DNA of 64,000 nucleotides from Haplodiscus bocki (Eukaryota): NCBI GenBank assembly GCA_965655095.1, contig OZ296652.1, positions 68,076,001 to 68,140,000 of the forward strand, read 5' to 3'. Shown piece by piece: positions 38,353 to 50,458 of this stretch (position 1 is its first letter; each line of letters starts with the position of its first letter). The notes under the pieces were generated by a model. It saw only the letters and a program-made list of their open reading frames with translations, ran no database searches and was not told where the DNA came from. The position numbers and the translations under genes were made by a program.

Positions 38353-41300
38353 GGAGTGTGGTGACTATTGACCAGATTCGACAAGATGCGGGTGAGAAGT
38401 TTACAGTAAGACAAAAGTTGTACCTTACTACAATCCTTATGGCGAAGTTTGTCCATCAACTCTGCTCGTTCTGGGGTGCCATTGTGTATCCAATCGAAGC
38501 ACAGCAAAGAAATTTCACGTTGGTTCAAATTGGATTCATGCTAGTCTTCATCAGCATCGCAAGGTAACTATAACTCACATAAAGTCACTGAGAGGGTGTT
38601 GTATGAATGATGCTCTCATCTCAGGAAATTGGGATTGAGTGTTGTGCATACTTATAGTTTTCTACACCAAGAAGATGTGTTTCTGATGGAATTGGCTCAT
38701 TTTGTGAACCATCAAGATTAGCTCATCTTTTAATTCAGCGTATACTGCCGTAACAGCTCTAAATTCAAGATACTGCTATTGATGTAATCGAGAGTGATCA
38801 AATTTATTTCATTCGTGAAAATTATTTCATAGTGAACACTACGACATCGGGTTGAATGTTTTGTATGGTTCTTAACCTTTGATGTGTTTAAGTTGGTGCT
38901 CTTCTATAGTACTGTCGACATCTTTTCTCTCATTCGGAGGAAAACGAGCTGCTTTCAATCTGTTCATCACAGGAACAATGGGGTATGGATTACTGACCGT
39001 ATCCGTTGCAGTTTCTTCCTTCTGTGAGTCAAAAATATCGTTTGGGTTGATCTTCACCAGTTTATACTCTATCAGAGGAATGTTTCAAGCCCTCTTATTC
39101 TCTGCTATCAATGCCATTCTGCTATCTGAGGAATTTTCCAATCATGTCGCCTTTGCCAAAGCATTGGATACGTTGGCGTATACATTGGGCTCAATATTTT
39201 CTTTTGTCTTATCCGGATTTCTGTATGATCTTTTCGGTTTCATGTGGGTGGTCATAATATTGGGTTAGTTCATCAAAAAATTTTTGTTACCACTCCTAAG
39301 TTTAATAACGGAAACATTTATCACTTGAAAGCCTTTAGTTTGGGGAAATTTCGCAATCCTTTGTGAGCGATGAACGTGTAGCAAACATAATAATTTTTTT
39401 GCCACGTTGAGAACTTGAATACTCGTTTTTAGCACGAAGAGGTAATCTAAGAGAAACACGAAACTTCTGGAAGATGTGTTGGGTCTTAAATTTGGTGACT
39501 TGAAAAACGTGGTGAATGGATTCCATCCGGGGTTGGTTAAGTGAAATGACTTAAGACTCGGGTAAGCTAAACTAAGCTCCTTGGAACAGCTTCATGTATG
39601 CAACATCCTGTCCAGCTCAAAGTCAAATCCAATTAAGGCAAAGTCATCGAACTCGGAACGCCAACTTGTGCTCAGTTGCTCTCAAAGTTTTCCTACCCTT
39701 TGTGGAAAGTTTAAACTTGCATATGTTCTAGGAAATTTCCAGTCGTTCATTTCTGTATCATTCTTCTTCCTGCTTCCTCGAGAAACTCGCAACACGGAAT
39801 CAGTTGTTGAGAAATTAGCGCTGGGAGCGAATGTGTCTTTGGTTAAAAAGATAATATCGACTCCTCAACTACTGGGCACACTGTTGAGTCACTGCACAGT
39901 CTACCTGAGTCTGTTCTATCTTGCTCCTATTTTCACTCCTTACCTGAAAAAAACGTCTAATTTGTCCTCTTCGCTAATTGGTGTTGTCGCTTGCTTGCCT
40001 TATTTGGCCATGTCCTTGTCTGGGACTCTTTGGAGCTTCATTGCCAGAACTAGACTGCTGCGACAGTTGTGTCTTATTACTCCTCTAATGCGTTAGTACT
40101 AGTTCTAACAAATGTGGAATGAAGTTTCAGAAAAATCAATTTTTGCATCTCCAAGTTTTTCTGGGAATTTTCCGTCTTCCAAGTTACGGAAAAACCGTTA
40201 AAATGCCGTAATTCGAGCTAAGAAGTGTTAAAAAGTTAAAGATTGCATCGAAAATCATGCATAAAAACGTAAATTTTGGCGAAAACTATTTTTTTGAGAC
40301 AGACCATTTGGATGAGCGCATTCTACGGGAAAGTTGGAACAAAATGCTGAAATAATTTTTTTGCATGAACTTTTGATTCATAGTGCAATTGGCAAATTTG
40401 ATGTGAAAAAAAAAACGTGAATGTTGAATGAATAATTGTTTCCATATATTAAAAATATGGGCGGAAATTAATGAAGCAAGTTATGAAATTTTCAAAATTA
40501 CATGGCATTGAAATGTCGAAGTTTGTAAAACAAATTAGAAGTATTTATTAGATAATTGGAGAAATTATGAGATGCGTGGGTTATTGGTTCATGGTTCACA
40601 AAAAGTTGGTGATGCAAGTTACAAAGCTTCAGTATAATTCTGAATAATTATGTGATAATATAATTATGTGACCCTATTTCGCAGGCGTTTCTTCTTAGAA
40701 AAGGTAGCCCTCATGGCATGACTTCTCAACGAAAATTGCTAACGGATTCATTCGGTAGTCATCGCCAATTAATGCTGATTTAGTTTTTGTTTTTTTAATT
40801 TACTGGACAAAATAAGCGGATTATTAAAACTTGAACTAAAAGATGTGAAACTGAAATTGAACGATTATTTCGTAGCAGTTTAATCAACCGTCTTTCCTCG
40901 TGACCTAATTAGTTGACATTTTGTGTTAATTTTTTGGTCTATAATAATACTTTTCTGAACTGAAGCAGCTTTCATACTAAAGTGTTGATGCAACTGAACT
41001 CAAAATGTACAGTAGTGTCAGAAAAGAAAGGAACCTTTATTTGTGAATTAATACTGGAACGCTACATATACTTGCGTAATACTAAAAAACAACTGAAAAT
41101 CACAAATTATGTTCGAAACAAAAGTTTCTTAGAATTTTATCTAAGTTTACAATGGTGTTTGTTTGAAACTTCTAGGAACATTATTATAGAAGTTAGCATT
41201 TTTGCACCTCTATGTATTAAGATTGCGAGACATTCTCTAAGAAATGACACCCTTTACAACGTATTAACATTGGGATGACTACTTTTTTGCAAGAAATGTC

Positions 41301-42979
41301 TCGCCATTTTGATAGTTTGAACACTGGGGAGCTGCCAACTTCTGAGTGTAATCAGTAGATGCAAGGCATCTTACAGTATATGAAATGTAAACAAAAACGG
41401 AGTAGAAGGTACTTAAAACATCGAAAGTTGTGACGCAAAATCAACCTCCTATCTTAACACATAGAGGTGCAAAATTGCTAACTTCTATAATAATGTTCCT
41501 AGAAGTTTCAAACAAACACCATTGTAGACTAGATAAAATTCTAAGAAACTTTTGTTTCGAACATAATTTGTGATTTTCAGTTGTTTTTTAGTATAACGCA
41601 AGTATATGTAGCGTTCCAGTATTAATTCACGAATAAAGTTCCTTTCTTTTCTGACACTACTGTAATGGTGAGTCATGTGAATGAGCAAACCGTTGTTAAA
41701 AGACTATTTTCCTGATGTACAGTAGTGTTTTGAAAGAATGGAGCTCCTATGCATAAATTGACGAAATTTAGACATCAATATCTCTGAAACTATTTGAAGT
41801 CGTTATTTTTGGTGGTAAGAAAAGTTTCTTAGATTTTCTTCTAGTTTACAATCGTTTTTGTTTCAAAATTTTACGGCGTATGCAGCAAAAGTTAGAAATG
41901 ATAATTTTTGGACAAATTGAATTAAATTTCGTGTATTTTTGATATTTAAAGGCCTCAGTGAATTTTTTTTTCGACAGAATTTGTACATAAATGTTCACCT
42001 AAATGTCTTAAAGCCATTATTATCCTTCGTTTTCAAAAGTTTTTCAAATTTCGCATAAAATGGCTGTTTTTATACAACGAACTTTGGATTTACATGTTTT
42101 AAGATAGGTTTTACGATTTGTATTTTGAAAATTTGGGAATTCTATTTATATTCAAAATATTTCGGCTATCAATATATATCACAGGACTCAAGAAATTCTG
42201 GGGAATTTTTGTGGTACATAATTTTTCGAGAAAGTTTTTCCAAACTTGGTGAAACTTCAAAAAACGACAGAGATTACCAAAGTTGGCAAATATTAACCAT
42301 TGCGAATTGAGAGCAAATAACGAGATCCTATTGGCTGAGAAGCGTCAGCGAACGCTCTTTAGCTCCATTCTTTTAAAACACTACAGTAAATGTCTCGTAT
42401 TGCAAGACCAATTTTTATGACCACTTTCGAATTGGTCATGTCGTGTGAGGTGAGTTTTCATTTTTTTAACATGTGTATTTATTTGAGATTCTTTGGTTTT
42501 TCCAGTATCCCACATAAAAGAAACTTTATTTCCTAATGAATTCTGTTTTAATTCATTATTTAGTTTTTGGCGTATGCTCTTGGTTCTCTGGACCAGACCG
42601 AATCATCTCGGAGAAGCCTAGTCTGGCATCGCTGGCTGTAATCATGTTTCTCGGAGGTTGTTTTTTGGTATCCAACCTTGTACTTAACACTCCGGAATTG
42701 AGAGATCAGGCGGAAGACTGTGGCTACGATCCAGATAATCTCTCAGTTTCAGCTACTTTGGCTTCTCTATTCACGTCCTTCGAATTTCTGGGCGAGATAT
42801 TGGGACCACCTTGCGGGGGATACTTTGCTGACTTGTATGGTGAAAGAAGGGCATTTTCCATTGGAGGTTCAATTGTTTTTGCAGTAGCTTCTTTGAGAGC
42901 AGCAATCTTCATCTTCACATATTTCAGCCTCAGAAGACGTGCGAAGCAATTAGTGCGAATGGGATCGAGTTATATTTAA
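38353..42979 (+). CDS. MFS transporter, SLC18B1-like; exons 38353-38563, 38893-39263, 39732-40091, 42564-42979 (5' end uncertain)
   Basis: GT..AG introns with consistent phases (2,1,1) and multiple TM helices. Motifs YPIEAQQRNFTLVQIGF, LGSIFSFVLSGFLYDLFGF, APIFTPYL and GYDPDNLSVSATLASLFTSFEFLGEILGPPCGGYFADLYG resemble SLC18B1. AATAAA at 43078. Confidence 0.85.
41010..41662. mobile_element. Tc1/mariner-type MITE with ~213-bp TIRs and TA target duplication
   Basis: TA|cagtagtgtcagaaaagaaagg ... cctttcttttctgacactactg|TA. Arms 41010-41223 and 41451-41662 are near-perfect reverse complements. Confidence 0.93.
41720..42386. mobile_element. Related Tc1/mariner-type MITE with 26-bp TIRs and TA target duplication
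   Basis: TA|cagtagtgttttgaaagaatggagct ... agctccattcttttaaaacactacag|TA. The left interior (aaaagtttcttaga..tt..tagtttacaat) is homologous to the neighbouring MITE. Confidence 0.85.
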
Positions 42980-43209
42980 TTGCTCACCGTTAAGAATCTT
43001 GTTCGTAATCAATAATACGTTGATATAACTTTGAATTTGAAAAATAGTTGCAATTATTTAGCTCCGAAAAATGTGTTAATAAACAGATTTTATATTTGCT
43101 ATAGTGCTTGCATTTCAAAATGGTCAATGTGTTTGCAAGAGGAGAAATGAATGAAAGGCCCGTTGGTTTTTACCGATCAGTTTTTTTGCGAAGTTATCTT
43201 GGGAACGTT

Positions 43210-43350
43210 TACATGACTTCGGAAATGTTAATTTTACAAGTATTTTTAGTGTTACTCGGTTTTTGTTTTTTTTTGACGCGTTTTTGTACGAAATTTTGCT
43301 ACTTCGTCCGACATAAGTATTTCCGTGCGACATTTTGAAAATTTTCAAAA
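43210..43350. repeat. Dispersed repeat family C (second copy ~57260-57400)
   Basis: Both copies contain tagtgttactcgg, ttgacgc.tt.ttgta.gaaatttt and ttt.cgtgcgaca. Confidence 0.8.
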
Positions 43351-43759
43351 TGCAGCAAAGCTGCGTGGAAATACAGGAGTGACCATACGTACCATCATAT
43401 TAGCGGTGAGAGCGCGCAAATGAAAATAATGCAAATCCCGGTACATTTTGAATTCTTTTAGCTAAATTCGCGGAATAATGTAAAGGGGGACCCTATGGTT
43501 ATCCCAAAAGTTTTCCGATCTCTTAAAAACTTTGGACAGAATTCTTGTTTTGGGCCAATACGTGTTCAAGTGAGTAAAGTTCAAGATCCATTGCTCTTTC
43601 CTTTACCTTTGTACGGTAAAATTTGTACTCTCAATGGAATTATCTGTCTTCCCGGAAGCTTGAAACAGCTACTTTTGCCAGCTTTCACTGCAGATGAAAC
43701 AAGACGGCCGGCTACCACCTGCATATTTCCTGCCCTCCAATTTCTACAATGATGCTTTT

Positions 43760-44165
43760 TAAATGGTTGAAAGCGTTTTTTTACTGATTAATACTCCTTC
43801 AGCTAATTTTCAAAGTTTTCCAAACTTGAAAATTTTCTGATTTTTTTTGCAAAAAACTGAATTAGGTGGAAAAAGGCATTTCTATGAATTTATATCATTT
43901 TATACGAATTCTACAACAAATTGCCACTTTGAACGATTTTGAAAAAAAAATCATGTTTTTTTCCCAAAAAAAAACCTAAACTTCGTCCGTATTTGAGGAA
44001 TCTCACTCGGGTGCATTCTATGGCAAATTTGCTATAATTTGGTGATGGAAAATTCTCAAATTTCGAATCGTCATTTTGCCGGATAGGGACATCGGAACAT
44101 TTTCGATTTTCAAGTAAGCGTAAAAAAATGTCCCCGTATTGAGTGGATGATTTACCTTCCATATT
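43760..44165. repeat. Dispersed repeat family A, copy 2
   Basis: Homologous to 1820-2190. Confidence 0.75.
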
Positions 44166-45099
44166 TAAATCTGGGTTGAAGTTGACAATTTTGAAACGTG
44201 CAAGTCGCTGCTGCCCGTAAGAGGACTATATGTATCAAAAAATGTAACGGGGCTATTATTGAAATTTGGACCGTTTTTTTTTTATTATTCTTTTACCTTG
44301 AATAATAAAATTTATAGGATTCACAATTTTCTCCGTATCACGTAAGGGGGATTACCACGAAAAATTTCAAGATTTCTTGGCGAAATAAATTGGCATGAAC
44401 TCAGTGGGTATTAAAAGTCCTTTCACGGTATACGAAAATTTTTAGATATCAAAAGCTTATTTATCCCAGTCTCCCGATCACCAGGGCACATTGATGGTAC
44501 GGAGATGTTGATATTTTACGAAAACTGAAAGGTCCATGTTGTTGACCGAAGCAATTGGGGAATGAAGTTTTCGATAAAGCTTCTTCATTCAAGTACCAAT
44601 GGTTCAGTCGTTAAGTACCACGTCTCTCGAATTTGCGAGCAGGGTTCGTACCCAGATAAGGTCACACTTCTTCCCCTACTTATCTCGATCTTACAACATT
44701 GAGTCTGATCGGAAAAGTCGATATAATAGTCTACTTTGTTCAGGAGTAAAGCTTCGACTAGCATTTCAGAGGCACAATGGCACTGATATGTTTTTTGTTC
44801 TCAGTAGTTCTAAAATGAAAACCCAAAACTTCAAGAAAAACATCGGCGCCTTAAGGCACGAAGATATTCACTATTTGCTCTGACAAGAATTGAAATTGAA
44901 GAAATCGCTCAGGGCAGTAGCACATGCGTTTGTTTTCTTATATGCAAAATGAACTATTTCCGCCGACTTAATGACAGTAAAAAAAACCTCTTGCTTGCAA
45001 AACATCAGTTTTTTTTACACATTCTGACTGAAATGAAGAATAAGTATTGGAAACGTGCTTATGCATAGTTTCCTTATCCTTCCAAAATTTGCATTTCGT

Positions 45100-46000
45100 G
45101 AACTCATTAGAAAGTCTAGTCATCCAGTGCAAATGGTCAAGTAAGGCCTTTTTTGAAACATCTTGACAGGTACTTGTTGATTTTTGCGCTCTTGAAAGTG
45201 CAAAATTTTTTCAACATTAGTTTGAAAATGAACACAGCATTGAAAAAGGCAATGTTTCTTCACATAACAATGTTCTGAATATGAGACAGTGCGGTAATGT
45301 ATTAGGTGTCCCCAAAAACGATACATGTAAAAATTTCCGAGTTCTCAAAATTCTAAGTGGATAATATTGCTAAACAAGACATCGGGACTTCTTTCAAGTC
45401 GGCACATACCGCCTGTCAATTATCAAAATTGACACATGCGCTGAATCTCAATTTGTGAAAGTTAAGGTTTAGATTATGGAAGTTGTTCACACTTATTTGA
45501 CTGAAATTATGCAGTATTTTTCTTGATATTTCAATCAAGAGTCAAAAATCTTCATGATCGACAGGTGAAATGAGAAATTTTTGGGAGCGGTTTTGACGTC
45601 TTGTTGACCAATTTTGCCATTTTGAGACCTATACATTTTTACATGTATTTAGGGAAGCTACTATTGTTCATTTTTTGGCGTTGTTTACTGTGTAAGTCTT
45701 TGAAACACTCGACCGGAAAACGACGAATCTAAAAACACATGATTGACAGATCAACTTTTCGATCATCAGACACTGTGACAGGTTCTGAACAATGTTTGGC
45801 ATTTTGAGACGTATGAATATTTTACACGTAACGTTTTTTGGGACACCTAGTAATGTTCGTTTTTGCGTGGTTTAATGTGTAAATCTTTCAAACATTGGGC
45901 TACAGAATGGCGATTCTTGGGAAACATGATTGACTAATCAAATTTTTGATTATTAGACAGTGACAAGTACGGGTTTCAATTGGAATTTTTGGAACAAACT
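45100..46000. repeat. Family B repeat cluster: two ~190-bp tandem units plus an inverted unit
   Basis: 45610-45790 is similar to 45795-45970. attaggtgtccccaaaaacgatacatgtaaaaat (45301) is the inverted counterpart of attttacacgtaacgttttttgggacacctag (~45819). Confidence 0.7.
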
Positions 46001-48649
46001 TTTGATGGACAGATGGTGTAGTATTTCTCAAAGTCTCAATCATGTATCCGATCAAGGTTCAAATGTCTCTCAAGGACCTTCAATCTGTCTACTTTATCTT
46101 TGATTTCAACAGTCAATTGAGAATGTGTTGCGAAGTACCACTTCGCCTGTGTGTTCAAAATGATTGTTCTTTCAAATTATCCTTTTCATTGCTTTCATCT
46201 AGGGCTCAATTCAAAGACCGTTCCCCCTAAAGTATTTATTTTTCAAAAAATTTTAGTTTTGAGGATGACAAGTGGGAGTTTAATGATTGAGGATATCGTC
46301 TCATCCTAGCATCCAGAAGTGTTCCAGGTTTTTCTTTTCTCTGCAGTTCTACTCTCTGAAGGAGAAGCAAGTGTCCTCTTCTCTCTGAAGCATTTGTTCT
46401 TTTTGTTGTCTGAAAAAATGATTTTTGATTCTTGTGCTTGGACATTCGGGCGCCGCCCGTGGCATATTTTTGACAGAGCCATAAATGAGTAAATGATGGC
46501 GAAACGTGGTTTCTGGTCTGTTTTAAAAAGACGTACATTAGTGACTTTTCTCACTACTAGAAGGTACAAATACTCAAAAGAAGTAACAAAGTCTTCAAGA
46601 GAATGCGTGTCCTGGTGATGTAAAGAGAGTAGAACAAAGGGCCTGAAGTCAGAAGTTCGGTTTCGAGGCTTGCAATTCCTAATTTTTGAGAAAACGTCCC
46701 ATTTTTAGTCGGCGCTTTGGTAGTTTTACAAAAAGCCCGAATATTACAGTACTAAGTTGTATTGATGGAAGAACGCACACTGCGCGTTTCTTTTTTTAAG
46801 ACAATTTTTTACGGCTTGACTTCTTGTGTCCCCTAGAGCCGTAGAATGCACCAAAAGGCCTAGCCGATGACATATAATTGTACCACCAAAAAAATTCGCA
46901 AAGGCAGAAACCGAAAAATTTTGTCGAAAAAGCGACCACAAAACGTTGGGAAAAAAATTGGACCTGTGGGCTCCTCTGATAAACCATTGTTACTCCATTG
47001 TTACTGATAAAGTGTACAACATAAACAATTGACATAAAAAAAGTTTTGGTCAGAAAAAACGAAGGTTATCAAAAAAAGGAGTCTCCTATAGGTATTTTGA
47101 GCCGTACGGGCGGCGCCGACTCTGGCCATTCTCGGCTTCTTTAGAACACGCTTTCGAATAAAAAACTATTTTCAGTTCTAGTAGTCTAACTTTGATTGAC
47201 TCACTTGCTGATTGAGCCTTACTTAGTCGCATAACCACGTCTATACATTCTGAAGAAACTGTATTAGAAATTTCAGGCAGTGTGGAACGAACCAAAGGGT
47301 GCCCATTTTATTCGGCCCTGTGAGACAAAATTTATCTCCTGTGAAAAGGGTCCCCTGTGAAATTTTCCCCGCCAAAGATTGTGATACTTTAACGTACCCA
47401 AATGTTCGTGCTTGAGCAATGGGTGGTGTAGACTCTGAACTGTCCTCAGCTTCTTCTAAATTAGTTTTCCGTTTATTTTGAACTTTTGATTCTTGTTGGA
47501 AAATTTTGGTGTATTTGCACGCTTTGAGTCTATTGTGTTTTGAAGCGTAACGTCACCTAGTGGAGAAAGGACGAGCTGCTGCTACTGCCTGTGTCGTAGT
47601 GTATCTCGCAAATGTCCTTCAGCTGACCTAAATTTTCAAAAATAATGCGTGGAAAGTCAATGTTATGGACGGACTTTTCATTCTGACCATGTTTTCAAAG
47701 TCAAAATTCCCTCGTGAGCATTAACTTAAAAGAACACTTGGTTAATATTCGAAATATTAAACTGGCAACCGGCCAGCTTATTATTACGAACGACGTGCGT
47801 TTTTGTACCGTTTAGAGCGAGCAGTGAGGTGAACATCGCTCTAATTGGACAAGAAGGACGTTTGGCGTAGTGGTTAATGAAGACGGCCATGTGTGCGTGC
47901 TTGTTTAGTACGACCATCCGGGCTCGAATTCCATCTCGACCTTATTTTTGTTGAGTTCGACGTTTTCTTTTCTCAATTTTGGCATCTTTATTGGAAAGAC
48001 CTAATTTCTCAATTGGGAGAGATGTTTTCTACTTTAAGCATTCTCCTTTAAGCAAATTTTTGCAAGCTAACTCCAAATAGAATTTTTCTTGAAGTTGAAC
48101 AGGTTTATGTTAATTATTCAAAACAGTACAAAAATACTGTTGCATCATTTTGGGAATTGAGCTAAAATTTTTACCATTAACAGTACCCTCCGTTATATGG
48201 CCTACCACATCAATTTTTTTGCTAAGAATTTGACAAAATCAATACCAACGTATACTATTAGGAAATATATTTTTCGGTAAAACCGCAAGCTTTCGTGTTC
48301 TTAATGTACATTTTTTTTTCAATTTTGCTTTCGCATTCTTGCCTCACGAATCATTTTAGCTACGTATACAGCATAAATTAATACAAAACGCTACGTTCTG
48401 GAATTTTTTAAAATTTCCAAACATTGTCAAAAGTTGGCGTTTTTAGTGGTTTGAAATACACCAATAGTAACTAATGTCCTGATTTCTTCAGAATTTTCGC
48501 AATTTTAGTCTCCAAATCAACTTTCTAGCTGCTTTTCCCAAATATTATTACAAGGCAGAAAACCTAATCGTAGACAACTACAGTAGAGTTTTCCATTTTA
48601 TTCCTTAAAAGTATTTCAGTGGCTCAAACGGCATTTTTGACGCTGTAAA

Positions 48650-49760
48650 GTATGCCAATAATAACTGATTTCGCGATTTTTCACTTTGCGCGCATTTGCT
48701 TTCCATATCAACTTCAGCAATCAGGCCGAACTAATACGATACGGAAACACAATTATAGCTCACTACTGCAGAAAATTCCAAAGAAGTTCATTTTTCAGCT
48801 TTTCCGTAGCTCAAAGTCAACAAAGTTATCTATTTTTTCAATTGTGGTTGAATCTCTTTTGCCTTCTAATTCTGTTTCTCAGATACAAATACATTAAAGA
48901 CCAATACGAGAGGACATACTTTGCAATTATCCATAAAAATTTATGAGCTTTTTGTATAAAAGGGTCGTTTTATGGGTTTTAGCGGGCAAAGATTATTTGT
49001 TCATCGCCTTTCAGTTCAAGTTTACTCATCCCCCTTAATTGAAAATAGTTAATTCTCCGAAATTTCTCCGAAGTTTGAAAACTTCTTGCTAAACGTTTTC
49101 CTTGCTGCGCCAGGTTGTATAAGTTTTCCTTCGCTTGTGCTCCAAATCAGCCTTTTAGCTGCCTTTTTATTAGATAGGAGATATGATAAAATGCAAATGC
49201 TACTGCTGCGAACAAGTTATTCAACTTTCATTCTCAGACATAAAGCTTTCTGCTGGGCATATTGGGAAAAGCTTCGCAAATTTCGGGCAAAAATCACAAA
49301 TGATATTAGGCACATTGTTTCAATGACAAATATAAATTTGTTTCGGTAATTTCGGAAAATCTCGCATTGTTTCCGACAAGCTTTTTTCGGTAATGATGGA
49401 TCGTGCCATCCGAGTTTTCGAAAAACTGGAGGAATTTGATTTGCAACAGTCAACTCCGGTTTCAGAAAGTACTTTTCTGGACAATTTTGCTTCAGACTGT
49501 ATTCATCGCTTGTTATTTCAAAAGCGCTCAATATCGAGAAGCTGCTCTGTGTATTAAAACGGATTGATCTGTGCAGCTTTGTTCCAGGACTTTCGTTTAA
49601 AATGCATTCACTGGTTGGCTTTTTTGAAAGTGAAGTTAAATGGAACTTCGGTAATCCTTGTTGTTCTTTGCATGAAGATCGCCGAGTTTCACAACTAACG
49701 GCAAGCAATAACAGGAAAGTGATGGCTTTTCTCAGCATTGAGAAAATTCGATTTTTTTTC
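48650..49760 (+). mobile_element. Possible hAT transposase remnant
   Basis: LLAAFLLDRRYD (~49150) resembles the hAT A..LDPRF/Y motif. QAITGK*WLFSALRK (~49700) resembles the dimerisation motif SERLFS, at plausible spacing. Confidence 0.35.
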
Positions 49761-50458
49761 AGTCGGTGCTTCTTATGAGAAGTGCCCGATTATTACAGTG
49801 GCTTTTTTCACCGTGTAAAAATATGAACTGCTCAAACGAAAGTTTTCAGGTAATAATCGATTTTAGGATCAAAACGGCAGATCAGGAACGCAGAAATGGA
49901 AAAAAATTGGACTAATTTTTTTTGGTCATACCTCTTTGACATATACCAGAATTTTTGGAAAGGCGTACAGTGTAGTCAGGTTAAAGCGTGTACAGTAATA
50001 GGATGGGAGTGCTTATGCCCTATGCCAAAACAAGTGCACATATTGACGAATTGTAGCGTTTTATTCCCCTATAACGTAAAAGTTTGCAGATTTGTTGCAG
50101 GGTTGATGCAACCGAACTCGACTGAATACCAAAAAAATGTTTATCTTGAGTCCTTCGGCTAAATTTCCGGCAAGGTACGACAAAATTTTTACAAGTACAA
50201 AAATGTGCTGATCTTTTTCAGATAAGGCATCATTGCTGAAAAAGGAAGTTGACGCAGGTATGTTTTGGGTCGTACTGGCAGTGCCGACTTGGGCCCTTGC
50301 CGGCTTTTTGGCAGTGCGTTATGAGTTTCGTAAAATGCCGATTCCGCGATATTTACGAATATTGTGGATGTAATATCATTTACCAGAAGGTGTAGTGTGC
50401 ACATGTTTACATTTTGTACTTTCAAATTTGCGTTTTATTTTCAGAGCAGAACGATGAC

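Noticed and set aside
49217-49738. 173-aa minus-strand ORF with a signal-peptide-like start
   Set aside because: It has no recognisable domain or splice support and overlaps a possible hAT remnant on the opposite strand.
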